From Chrysomallon squamiferum (taxonomy: Eukaryota; Animalia; Mollusca), in contig CM022670.1 of the NCBI GenBank assembly GCA_012295275.1, positions 6,572,001-6,636,000 on the forward strand: a stretch of DNA of 64,000 bases. Direction: 5' to 3'. Every line of letters starts with the position of its first letter. The stretch's first letter is position 1. The translations under genes and the position numbers were made by a program. Shown piece by piece: positions 26,411-40,071 of this stretch. A model generated the notes under the pieces. That model ran no database searches. It saw nothing but the letters and a program-made list of their open reading frames with translations, and was not told the origin of the DNA.

Positions 26411-27771
26411 AGCATTCTAAATAATAAAAATAGTTTTATATTTCAATTATTTTTTTTTTTATTATTTTTTTTATCGAAAGATATTATTACACTGAGCTTG
26501 GCATTTTCTGAAACACATAATGAACGGTTTTTAATTATTATAAAGCAAATATATGGAGGATTTATTTAAAATGTTTTATTTAAATCTGTTAGAAAATGTA
26601 TCTGAAAACATAGTTGTATTCTATAATGTTAACCTGGAATAAACAACATTAGTGAAACATATTACCAAAATTGAGACTGATTTAATCATTTTTTGAGTTA
26701 GTTGAGGAACAACACAGTCGAATATACACGAACAATATCCCGCAGAATTCTTAACAACCATGTGTTTGTGTTGAAGAATTTGAAAATTGAGACGGACCAG
26801 CTTCATCTAAGATAACTCCAGAACTATTTATTTTAACCACCTGAACGCATTTCGTACCATAGTGTGTGAGTGTGCATATCTGTTTTGTATATATGGGTTT
26901 GTGCTTTATATTCACAACCAAATTTTTCATAAAAATACTCTCTCCAGCTACAAAACTGTTTAAAAATCGAAATATTTTAATTCCTTTTTCTACTTTTTTT
27001 TTTTTTTTTGAATTAAATTAATTTAAAAACAAAACTAGTATTCTTTTCTAATAAAAATTGTTTTATTAATAACCAGCGTAAGAATGATTGCAGTAAAGAT
27101 TTATTTATTTATTTATTTAATTAGTTATTCATAATCATATATATCTTTTCAAAATGTTTCATCTGACTGAGGCATTAGTTTGACACTGATTTCTAAATAC
27201 TTTTCTTGGGGTTTAATGTTAATAAAACTTACATTTATTTATAAATTAATTTTTGCATTGTTTTGTCTACGTTACAAATAAATTATCTGTATTTTCTTGT
27301 ATGAGCTTCAATAATTAAAGCATAAACAAATCAATATCAAAGCAAAATGAAAATGATTTTTTTTTCTAATAAAGATTGTTTTATTAAATAACCAGTGTAT
27401 AATTGTAGTAAAGATTTATTATTATTCATTTATTCATTTATTTATTCATTCATTCGTTCGTTCATAATCATATAGACGTTTTCGTTAGTTACCGGTATAT
27501 CAAATTGATTCATCTGACTGAGGCATTAGTTTGAAAATGACTTTTAAACATTTTTCTTATGGTTTAATGATAATGAAACTTACATTTATTTATAAATCAA
27601 TTTTTTACATTGTTTACTTTACTTTAGAAATAAATATCTATATTTTCTTGTATGAGCTTCAATGATCAAAGTATATACAAATCAATATAAAAACAAAATG
27701 TAGAAAGACACCACCAGCGCTGAACGAGAAAAGAAATTGTATTACAGAAATTAATCAGAGCAAGGAAAAGT

Positions 27772-27888
27772 AACTCTGGTTTCTCTGCACAGAATAAATC
27801 TTTCGCCTTTTACTAAAGATTTCCGTGTGGAGGGACAATTCAATGAGTCTATAGACTTATTTTTGTAAACCCTACTTTTTGTAGGGTA
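27772..27888 (+). ncRNA. RNU5: U5 snRNA, copy 2
   Basis: Same motifs. 3' hairpin ACCCTAC-TTTTT-GTAGGGT. Confidence 0.97.
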
Positions 27889-28894
27889 AACATTCTAAAT
27901 CACAAAAACAGTATTCAAATTTTTTATTTTTATATATATATGTATATATTTTAAATTAAAATTTTATTACATTGAGCTTGGCATTTTCAGAAACACATAA
28001 TCCATGGTTTTTAATTATTATAATGTTTTCTATCTTGAAACAAGCAGTTATATAGAATTTTTTTTTTTTTTTTAAATCTGTTAGAAAATGTATCTGAAAA
28101 CATAGTTGTATTCTATAATGTTAACCTGGAATAAACAACATTAGTGAAACATATTACCAAAATTGAGACTGATTTAATCATTTTTTTGAGTTAGTTGAGG
28201 AACAACACAGTCGAATATACACGAACAATATCCCGCAGAATTCTTAACAACCATGTGTTTGTGTTGAAGAATTTGAAAATTGGGACGGGCCAGCTTCATC
28301 TAAGATAACTCCAGAACTATTTATTTTAACCACCTCAACGCATTTCGTACCATAGTGTGTGAGTGTGCGTGTGTGCTTGTGCGTGTCTGTTTTGCACATA
28401 TGGGTTTGTGCTTTATATTCATAACCAAAAATTTCATAAAAATACTTTCTTTAGCTACACATTTTTTTTAAAAATCTAAATATTTTAATTCTTTTTCTTT
28501 CTTTTTTTAAATTTAAATTAATTTAATAAACAAAACTAGTATGTTTTTCTAATAAAAATTGTTTTATTAATAACCAGCGTAAAGATTTATTTATTTAGTT
28601 ATTCATAATCATATATATCTTTTCGAATTGTTTCATCTGACTGAGGCATTAGTTTGAAACTGATTTTTAAACACTTTTCTTGGGGTTTAATGTTAATAAA
28701 ACTTACATTTATTTATAAATGAATTTTTGCATTGTTTCCTCTATGTTACAAATAAATTATTGGTATTTTCTTGTGTGAGCTTGAATAATTAAAGAATAAA
28801 CAAATCAATATAAAAATAAAATGAAGAAAGACACCACCAGCGCTGAACGAAAAAAGAAATTGTATTACAGAAATTTATCAGGGCAAGGAAAAGT

Positions 28895-29011
28895 AACTCT
28901 GGTTTCTCTGCACAGAATAAATCTTTCGCCTTTTACTAAAGATTTCCGTGTGGAGGGACAATTCAATGAGTCTATAGACTTATTTTTGTAAACCCTACTT
29001 TTTGTAGGGTA
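28895..29011 (+). ncRNA. RNU5: U5 snRNA, copy 3
   Basis: Reads identical to copy 2. Confidence 0.97.
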
Positions 29012-29607
29012 AGCATTCTAAATCACAAAAATAGTATTCAAATTTTTTATTTTTATATATATATGTATATATTTTAAATTAAAATTTTATTACATTGAGA
29101 TTGGCATTTTCAGAAACACATAATCCATGGTTTTTAATTATTATAATATTTTCTATCTTGAAACAAGCAGTTATATAGAGGTTTTATTTAAATCTGTTAG
29201 AAAATGTATTTGAAAACATAGTTTTATTATATAATGTTAACCTGGAATAAACAACATTAGTGAAACATATTACCAAAATTGAGACTGATTTAATCATTTT
29301 TTTGAGTTAGTTGAGGAACAACACAGTCGAATATACACGAACAATATCCCGCAGAATTCTTAACAACCATGTGTTTGTGTTGAAGAATTTGAAAATTGGG
29401 ACGGACCAGCTTCATCTAAGATAACTCCAGAACTATTTATTTTAACCACCTCAACGCATTTCGTACCATAGTGTGTGAGTGTGCGTGTGTGCTTGTGCGT
29501 GTCTGTTTTGCACATATGGGTTTGTGCTTTATATTCATAACCAAAAATTTCATAAAAATATTTTTTTTAGCTACACATTTTTTTTATAAATCTAAATATT
29601 TTAATTC

Positions 29608-29651
<44 letters not shown>

Positions 29652-30030
29652 AGTTAATTTAATAAACAAAACTAGTATGTTTTTCTAATAAAAATTGTTT
29701 TATTAATAACCAGCGTAAAGATTTATTTATTTAGTTATTCATAATCATATATATCTTTTCAAAATGTTTCATCTGACTGAGGCATTAGTTTGAAACTGAT
29801 TTTTAAACACTTTTCTTGGGGTTTAATGTTAATAAAACTTACATTTATTTATAAATGAATTTTTGCATTGTTTCCTCTATGTTACAAATAAATTATTGGT
29901 ATTTTCTTGTGTGAGCTTCAATAATTAAAGAATAAACAAATCAATATAAAAATAAAATGAAGAAAGACACCACCAGCGCTGAACGAGAAAAGAAATTGTA
30001 TTACAGAAATTTATCAGGGCAAGGAAAAGT

Positions 30031-30147
30031 AACTCTGGTTTCTCTGCACAGAATAAATCTTTCGCCTTTTACTAAAGATTTCCGTGTGGAGGGACAATTC
30101 AATGAGTCTATAGACTTATTTTTGTAAACCCTACTTTTTGTAGGGTA
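30031..30147 (+). ncRNA. RNU5: U5 snRNA, copy 4
   Basis: Reads identical to copy 2. Confidence 0.97.
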
Positions 30148-31144
30148 AGCATTCTAAATCATAAAAATAGTTTTAAATTTCTAATTTATTTATTAGTGTT
30201 TTTTCGCAAGAATTTATTACACTGAGCTTGGCATTCTCTGAAACACATAATGCACGGTTTTTAATTATTAAAAAGATAGAAACAAGCAAATGTATGGAGG
30301 ATTTACTTAAAATGTTTTATTTAAATCTGTTAGAAAATGTATCTGAAAACATAGTTGTATTCTATAATGTTAACCTGGAATAAACAACATTAGTGAAACA
30401 TATTACCAAAACTAGGACTGATTTAATCATTTTTTTGAGTTAGTTGAGGAACAACACAGTCGAATATACACGAACAATATCCCGCAGAATTCTTAACAAC
30501 CATGAATTTGTGTTGAAGAATTTGAAAATTGGGACGGACCAGCTTCATCTAAGATAACTCCAGAACTATTTATTTTAACCACCTCAACGCATTTCGTACC
30601 ATAGTGTGTGAGTGTGCGTGTGTGCTTGTGCATGTCTGTTTTGCACATATGGGTTTGTGCTTTATATTCATAACCAAAAATTTCATAAAAATACTTTCTT
30701 TAGCTACACATTTTTTTAAAAATCTAAATATTTTAATTCTTTTTCTTCTTCTTTTTTTTAATTTAAATTAATTTAATAAACAAAACTAGTATGTTTTTCT
30801 AATAAAAATTGTTTTATTAATAACCAGCGTAAAGATTTATTTATTTAGTTATTCATAATCATATATATCTTTTCAAAATGTTTCATCTGACTGAGGCATT
30901 AGTTTGAAACTGATTTTTAAACACTTTTCTTGGGGTTTAATGTTAATAAAACTTACATTTATTTATAAATGAAGTTTTGCATTGTTTCCTCTACGTTACA
31001 AATAAATTATTGATATTTTCTTGTATGAGCTTGAATAATTAAAGAATAAACAAATCAATATCAAAATAAAATGAAGAAAGACACCACCAGCGCTGAACGA
31101 GAAAAGAAATTGTATTACAGAAATTTATCAGGGCAAGGAAAAGT

Positions 31145-31261
31145 AACTCTGGTTTCTCTGCACAGAATAAATCTTTCGCCTTTTACTAAAGATTTCCGTG
31201 TGGAGGGACAATTCAATGAGTCTATAGACTTATTTTTGTAAACCCTACTTTTTGTAGGGTA
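31145..31261 (+). ncRNA. RNU5: U5 snRNA, copy 5
   Basis: Reads identical to copy 2. Confidence 0.97.
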
Positions 31262-31299
31262 AGCATTCTAAATCACAAAAATAGTATTCAGATTTTTTA

Positions 31300-31353
<54 letters not shown>

Positions 31354-32292
31354 AAATTCAAATTTTATTACATTGAGCTTGGCATTTTCAGAAACACATA
31401 ATCCATGGTTTTTAATTATTATAATATTTTCTATCTTGAAACAAGCAGTTATATAGAGGTTTTATTTAAATCTGTTAGAAAATGTATTTGAAAACATAGT
31501 TTTATTATATAATGTTAACCTGGAATAAACAACATTAGTGAAACATATTACCAAAATTGAGACTGATTTAATCATTTTTTTGAGTTAGTTGAGGAACAAC
31601 ACAGTGGAATATACACGAACAATATCCCGCAGAATTCTTAACAACCATGTGTTTGTGTTGAAGAATTTGAAAATTGAGACGGACCAGCTTCATCTAAGAT
31701 AACTCCAGAACTATTTATTTTAACCACCTCAACGCATTTCGTACCATAGTGTGTGAGTGTGCGTGTGTGCTTGTGCATGTCTGTTTTGCACATATGGGTT
31801 TGTGCTTTATATTCATAACCAAAAATTTCATAAAAATACTTTCTTTAGCTACACATTTTTTTAAAAATCTAAATATTTTAATTCTTTTTTTTCTTCTTTT
31901 TTTTTTTAATTTAAATTAATTTAATAAACAAAACTAGTATGTTTTTCTAATAAAAATTGTTTTATTAATAACCAGCGTAAAGATTTATTTATTTAGTTAT
32001 TCATAATCATATATATCTTTTCAAAATGTTTCATCTGACTGAGGCATTAGTTTGAAACTGATTTTTAAACACTTTTCTTGGGGTTTAATGTTAATAAAAC
32101 TTACATTTATTTATAAATGAAGTTTTGCATTGTTTCCTCTACGTTACAAATAAATTATTGATATTTTCTTGTATGAGCTTGAATAATTAAAGAATAAACA
32201 AATCAATATCAAAATAAAATGAAGAAAGACACCACCAGCGCTGAACGAGAAAAGAAATTGTATTACAGAAATTTATCAGGGCAAGGAAAAGT

Positions 32293-32409
32293 AACTCTGG
32301 TTTCTCTGCACAGAATAAATCTTTCGCCTTTTACTAAAGATTTCCGTGTGGAGGGACAATTCAATGAGTCTATAGACTTATTTTTGTAAACCCTACTTTT
32401 TGTAGGGTA
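32293..32409 (+). ncRNA. RNU5: U5 snRNA, copy 6
   Basis: Reads identical to copy 2. Confidence 0.97.
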
Positions 32410-32443
32410 AGCATTCTAAATCACAAAAATAGTATTCAGATTT

Positions 32444-32484
<41 letters not shown>

Positions 32485-33016
32485 AAATTCAAATTTTATT
32501 ACATTGAGCTTGGCATTTTCAGAAACACATAATCCATGGTTTTTAATTATTATAATATTTTCTATCTTGAAACAAGCAGTTATATAGAGGTTTTATTTAA
32601 ATCTGTTAGAAAATGTATTTGAAAACATAGTTTTATTATATAATGTTAACCTGGAATAAACAACATTAGTGAAACATATTACCAAAATTGAGACTGATTT
32701 AATCATTTTTTTGAGTTAGTTGAGGAACAACACAGTCGAATATACACGAACAATATCCCGCAGAATTCTTAACAACCATGAATTTGTGTTGAAGAATTTG
32801 AAAATTGGGACGGACCAGCTTCATCTAAGATAACTCCAGAACTATTTATTTTAACCACCTCAACGCATTTCGTACCATAGTGTGTGAGTGTGCGTGTGTG
32901 CTTGTGCATGTCTGTTTTGCACATATGGGTTTGTGCTTTATATTCATAACCAAAAATTTCATAAAAATACTTTTTTTAGCTACACATTTTTTTTATAAAT
33001 CTAAATATTTTAATTC

Positions 33017-33060
<44 letters not shown>

Positions 33061-33439
33061 AGTTAATTTAATAAACAAAACTAGTATGTTTTTCTAATAA
33101 AAATTGTTTTATTAATAACCAGCGTAAAGATTTATTTATTTAGTTATTCATAATCATATATATCTTTTCAAATTGTTTCATCTGACTGAGGCATTAGTTT
33201 GAAACTGATTTTTAAACACTTTTCTTGGGGTTTAATGTTAATAAAACTTACATTTATTTATAAATGAATTTTTGCATTGTTTCCTCTACGTTACAAATAA
33301 ATTATTGGTATTTTCTTGTATGAACTTGAATAATTAAAGCATAAACAAATCAATATAAAAATAAAATGAAGAAAGGCACCACCAACGCTGAACGAGAAAA
33401 GAAATTGTATTACAGAAATTTATCAGGGCAAGAAAAAGT

Positions 33440-33556
33440 AACTCTGGTTTCTCTGCACAGAATAAATCTTTCGCCTTTTACTAAAGATTTCCGTGTGGAG
33501 GGACAATTCAATGAGTCTATAGACTTATTTTTGTAAACCCTACTTTTTGTAGGGTA
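33440..33556 (+). ncRNA. RNU5: U5 snRNA, copy 7
   Basis: Coding region reads identical to copy 2. The PSE has two substitutions (GCACCACCAACGCTGAACGAG). Confidence 0.97.
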
Positions 33557-35063
33557 AGCATTCTAAATCAAAAATAGTTACAAAGTTGTTTTATTTTTTC
33601 CCCGTCACGAAAAATATAATTACATTCAACTTTGTATTTTCTCCCGGGCACATGTAATGAATCCTTTAGCATTAAAGATTAAATTCTGATTACAAATTCA
33701 TCTTCAAGAATGACAATTAATTATTTACATTCCAGTTGTTCCATCGTATAGCTAAGGCAACAGAGAACATCATCAAACTAGCACTTGGTATCTGCCAAAG
33801 TCAGCTAAAGAATTGGTTATTACATATCAGTTCTGAGTGAGAGTACCAACGTGTCGTTAGACTAGCAGTTTAGTAAATGCTTGCCCAGTGTGTTCAGAAA
33901 CGAACTATAACGTTAAAATATGAGTTATTCGAATGAAAGTTACGTTAATAAACTTTTATGACAAACGAGAAGGGCCTTAGAGGTGCAAGCAGCGGGTTTC
34001 CTTTCAGATTATTTTGTTTTATTTTCGTAACTTTCTGCAATTTTCAGATCAGTCATCTTGTCCAGTTATTGTGATAAAAAATTATTTCTACTGAATTTAA
34101 ATTTAGTTTATGTTATGTTGTTGGTAATATAAACAGGTGCTGATCAAATATTTGAAAAGTGCTGATAACTTCATTCTGCTTGAAGTATTTGAACTGTAAA
34201 TAAAAAAATAAAAAAAAAAAAAAAAATTAAATAAATAAATCTACAAAAAACAAAAAACAAACAACAACAACAGAAGTCTATTTTAATAAATTTGGTTTCA
34301 CTGGTAAGCGACGAAAAGACATTTCCAGTGTTACCTTGACCTCTTTTTATGACCATTAAAAGGACAATTATATCAATTTAATTTGCCCTTTTTTCAGCTT
34401 TCGTCATAATTGGTAAAAGTTGGTCACATGACTCAATTAGACATCGTGAGATGTATTTTTCTTATTAATCATCAAACATCGGCTTAATAGAAACAGACTG
34501 AGTGAAATATTAACCATAAATGTTTTCTTAAGATACTAAGAAATCTGATACTATACTATACCTGATATTAATACATGTTTATGGTTCTGTGATCAGTTAC
34601 ATGGTCAAAATGTGCAAACTGATTCGAATGTAAACATCGATCACGGCAGTGTGATGGGTAATTGAACAGATTTCCATTAAATTTAGCAAGTAGATCACTT
34701 ATAACATTTAATATATATATATATCTATTTCACTCGTTTTCTTTATAATCGGGGATGATTTTCACGACCACAAAATGAAGAAACTTTGGCAGAAAAATCT
34801 GGAAATTTAGCCCCACGGTTTTGAAAATAAACATAACAGAAAGGCTAATGATAGGCAAGTATATTACTCATAAAATTACGACAGGTTTGTAAACAACAAC
34901 ACAAAGAGCAATGAAATTCGATTTTTGAAGAGGTTCATTATCGGAGTCTTGACTAGCGATTGAAACGAAAACGAAGCTGTGGACAGAAACTGCTTGACGC
35001 GATTTGGAGTATAGTTCCACACCTACTTCTTCATCGTCATTATCAACATTAATATTATACCGA

Positions 35064-35123
<60 letters not shown>

Positions 35124-38100
35124 TACTATCACTGCCATTTATAAACTGCATGTGCAAGCACATCTGAAGATGGTTGATTTGAATGTTTACGGGTTGTCAC
35201 AAGATAACGAAGACATAACACACACCTTGTTATGAAACTATTATTTCAGCTTGTAAACCGATGGTAAACTAAATTATGTCCATGGAAATTAGCTTCACAA
35301 TAGTAACTGCGGTCATTTGAATTCAAGACACCGAGTTGTAAATTCGTCTGAGAAATTTTCTATAATGCTAAAAATTAATTGCTTCAGTTTCAAGATCGAA
35401 TTTTCTGTCACTTCTATATCCTTCTGGAAACGGGCCGAACGGAAAGGTTGTCTACTCCGAAAAAAGACCAGACCTTCATCTTCATCTCCAACATAGTCCT
35501 TAATGTGGAAAAAAGGAAGGAAACAAGAGATATATGTGACCTGCTCAGGCTCCTGTTTTTTTTTACTACATAGCAACTACAATCGGATCAACAATAGGAT
35601 GCTAGCATCCTGTCTTTATCTTGTGTGTGTGTGTTTTTGTGTGTGTGTGTTTTTACGCGTGTGTATATATATATGTCTGTTTATACAGACACACCTACAG
35701 AGACATGCATAAACATGCATATACATAAATGCACACAGACATGTACACACACATATACAGAGATACAAACATAAAAAGAAAAACAGACGTACACATTATT
35801 ATAGATACACAAATATACATTAAAAAAAAAATATACATTCATACAGAAATGTAAAAAAAAAATGCATACATCTATACAAATACATGCCCTATATATATAT
35901 ATATATACATACACTCACATAAATGTAAATTAACTGATACATATACAAATGTGTATTTGTATTAAACACACATACTGATATACATACAACAAAAAAACAA
36001 GAAAAACCCAGACATGGTTGCTTATCTCTCTACATCCTATCATTCCAAATACAAAGGCATAAAAATTAAATTCCATTTTTTTAAGTTTTATTCTGTACAG
36101 TAAGATAATTCTCAATGACTCATCTCCATATTCTAAATTATCAACAATCAGAGATCTTTAACGTTAACCTCCACACAGACAGAAAACAGAGGTTCAGATT
36201 TTGACAGTGCATCACCCTTCAGGCCATTGTTTTAAACACCAAATTCAAGTAACTTTGGTAGGACATACAGCTTTTGTGCAGGTTTAATTATTCTATGTAC
36301 TGTACAGCAGACTAAAGTTTGCAAGCAGTAAAATCATTTAGGAAAGAAAACAAAGACACCAACATAAAGAAATTTTTTTTAATGAACTGATCCAAAAATG
36401 AAAAAAAGTTGAACAGAAGTTCAGCTGTCACCTGTTGTATTGAGGAATAAAGACAAGAAATATATGTAATACAAACAAAGAAGAAAAAACAAATACAAAG
36501 CATACATATACAATATTGATCCCAAATAATGACAACAAACCCTGATGTACAATATGCAAATTTATTCATTCAAAAAAAGGAACGTATATTGATTAAAAAT
36601 TTCTGAAAAAGTTCATTCTAGGGCAGCTTTAAACAAATCACATTACAAATACAGGAATGTGCACTTGTAGAGATCAGAGTATTATTTAAACAAAGCAGAT
36701 GTATTTGAAATAACACTGCAGTTTTACAGTTTAGTTATAAATATTCTGAAACACATACACCCAAAACTTACTTAAAGATGTGTATGATGTGTGTTGTCTG
36801 ACGTTAAATCTTGAAATGAGAATATTAATAACAGTAACAGAATTGTAACAGTAGTAGCAATAGTATCGCTAATGCAGTAATAATGAAACTAATAACTATA
36901 CAAACATTTAAATAAAAAGCAATAAAATGAGATTCAATTTTCGTATCAACACAATGGGTAAAAACTAATGTCTAAATACAGTCTTTTAGGAATGTACAAG
37001 TTCATTTGGTTTCATTTTTTTAAAAGATGTAGAAATAATAAACTTTAAGGAAAATTTTAAATCATCAATTTTAAATTAGAATTTTAATTTATTTCCTTTT
37101 ATATGCCAGAGATAGTTATCAGATGGAAAATAATAAAAGAAAAAAAAAATTCATAACTTCAATTATTTAACTTTCACTTTAATAAAATTGTAAGTAGATT
37201 CACAGGATTAGGTGTAATACTAGATATTATGAACTGCTTAAACATTTAAAAAAACAAAGAAAAAATGAAAAATTGAATAAACCAAAGAAGTAAAAGAGGT
37301 AAATACTGAAAGGAATAATAGCAAAATAACAAAAATAATTTGTATCTCACAACCAGCACCTTTTAAATATGGAATAAAATATAATGAAAGACACCTGGCT
37401 ACCATGTATCACACGTCAAAGGTCAGACCATGCTTTCAAATCCTATAAAGTATTCATTTCTTAATAATCAGTTTAAAAACTATCAAAACAATTTATAAGA
37501 AAATTTAAAAAAAAAAAACCAATAAAATAAATGCAGAACTATTTTAACCACTTGAAAAAAATCTATAATAAAAATAAAAAAAATGAATACTAAGATCTCA
37601 TTTTTTTGATAACTGAAATAGTTTCAATAGATTTTTCAGACATCTGTATTGATTTTTTTTTTTTATTATTATAAATTACTATTTTCAAGTATAACATTTA
37701 GTATTACATTTCAGTCTGGTCCCAGTATATAGTCTAGTACTTTCAGCACACACTTTTACCATTACAAAAATACTTCTTAAACTGTATCTTGTAGAAATCT
37801 CTTCAAAAGATAATATCACTACCATTTATTTCCCTGAGCTCTTTCATTAAACATACAAAATAGTTTTAATAAAAAATAAATTTTATAAGTATTTACAAAA
37901 TGAATGCAGTAGCCTGTACAATTAACAAAACTTGTCATGAGTAACATTATGTGGCAGTAACTATTTAAATTACCCTGCACCTTGTAGCTGCTACAAACCA
38001 CCTGTCACTTACCAGTGGTTCATCATACAAAACAAGCTTGGTCACACACTGGCAATGACAATGTAAGCATTTAAATTACCAAAAAGAGACAAAAATCTTA

Positions 38101-38313
38101 TTTCAAAAAATGCACATTCCAACCAGGGTTGAATATTTTTGAAAAGTTAAGTTGAAAAGAAAAAAGGAAAAAAATTAAAGCAATAATTATGTTAAGAAAT
38201 CTGTTGTAACTGGAGTCGTTGTGTTCTGTGGAGACTGGCAATTGACAAAAAGCAGCTAACATCAAGAAATTACTGCTGAGATCAGTCGCCGGAGATCATC
38301 AACAAGCGGGTTA

Positions 38314-40029
38314 CTACCAAAGTCGGGTTGTTGGCCCGCCCGGTGGGTTGAGGACCCGGGAAGAGGTGTGAACTGCCTGAGCCTTGCCTCCTGCTGCTTG
38401 TCTTTCTTCAGGCTTCTTCTCTTTCTTTTCTTCATTCGTTTCTTTTGCTTGTTCATTCGTGTCTGTCTGTTTGTCAGACTTCTGGTCACCAATCTGCTGG
38501 GGAACTGCTTGGTCTTCTGTCTTGTTCACAGTGGTCTAAAAAAAAAAAAACCAGTAATATTTCTTTAACAAAACTAATCTAAAATGAAAAATAGGGAAGA
38601 CAGAAACTAAGAGTAAGGTCTGATATATAAAAACCAGGAGAAAAAGGAATGAAACTTGATATGTATGCAAGAATTTAAAAAAGAGAAATTAGCCGAATTC
38701 AAACAAGAATTTGAAATTATACAACTTATAAGCAACAAAATTCAATACTCTTTTACTGTGTCTCTGACAAATTTTAAACTTCTGGTTCAATTCAAGTAAT
38801 TACAAATTATTCATAAATTTATAAAATATGCCAACATGTTTATCAGTTTTAAAATTATAACTTATTTACAATTCTTAATTGATGTATAAAAAAATCTAGG
38901 AAATCCGATTTTCAACTTTCTCCACACTTAGTAAACAATGACAGCAAACAATTACAACTGACCTGTTTGGCAGGTGATGGAGTTGCATAGTCATAGGGTT
39001 CACCAGTTATTGGATTAAACTGACCTGTAAAATATAAATATCAAAATAAGATTACAAATGTGTCAGTATAATCCAAATAAATGAATTGCATCAAGTTTTA
39101 AGTTTATTTTTGTACATCATTTAGTAATATATTAATGATAATTACCTCTTCTGTTATGTCTTCTATTGTAGGATTCATTTGTAGTAGTTGTTTGCTGCGG
39201 TGGTGTGTTCTGTTTTGCTGTATCATCACCTGATACCCTCCAAGGAGGTGATGAATATGTTTTTCCTACACCAAAGATGTCACTTGACTCTCCTCCAGGA
39301 GGCCGTAATACTCTGAAAAGTAAAATTTAGAATATAAAGGCATTCCATTTAATTTTTTTTTCTTGAGATATAAAAAACATGAAATAAAATTAATAACAAA
39401 AATATAAATATATATATACAGCTACTTTCGGCATAAGCATAAAATATCTATCTTAGTTTATAATTAATAGAAACCAGGACAGTTTACAAATTTTAATATC
39501 AAAATTTACACATTATATTTGATCAACTGCATTTTTAAGTTGATGATATGGTTCAGTCTTTGTGATGGTTGACAAATTAAATAGTCCTATGCAGCCACAG
39601 GATCCTTTCTGGCAGAGCTACATTTACTCAAAATCCAAATAAAAGTGAAAATGTTGATTTTAGGTCCTGTTTCCTGTACCCCATGATTTGTTTTTCAAAG
39701 AAAGGAGGACCTATTTATCGTTAGTAACTTAGCTGCTTATAAAATACGTTTTATTTTGGTAACAAAACGCCTGATAAAAAGCCCTCAGAAGAAGAAGAAG
39801 AATTTATTAAAAAAAAGAAGTCGAAAAATATATTCAGAAAGTATACTTCTATAGGATTTGAACTCTCGGTTGAAATTAATGAACAAATGATTAAACAACT
39901 GACAAGCGATTACTGAATACCTAGTATCATGAAGTTCCGAGTGAAATAATTATATTACATCATAATCATTACCGTCAGAACTTCTTCACCGAATTCCAAA
40001 AAGTGGAACATTAGAACATTCACTCACTC

Positions 40030-40071
<42 letters not shown>

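Larger units (their letters stand above)
25894..33580 (+). repeat. Tandem array of ~1.1 kb units, each carrying a U5 snRNA gene (7 genes)
   Basis: U5 starts are spaced 1478, 1123, 1136, 1114, 1148 and 1147 bp apart. Spacers are near-identical apart from homopolymer/(TA)n lengths and two spacer subtypes. Confidence 0.97.

Noticed and set aside
26621-26806. 61-aa ORF in the conserved spacer block
   Set aside because: Open only in unit 1. The other five copies have an extra T in a homopolymer that shifts the frame.
26808-26840. GGTTAAAATAAATAGTTCTGGAG (minus strand), loosely like nematode SL1
   Set aside because: No consensus donor follows, the Sm-like site is too far away and such similarity is expected by chance in AT-rich DNA. 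Kept only as a test within the spacer-block finding.
28670-28690. CTTTTCTTGGGGTT, matching the 5' part of U4atac snRNA
   Set aside because: Only ~14 nt match, the downstream sequence is AT-rich and unlike U4atac, the motif is mutated in other units and no PSE lies at the right distance.
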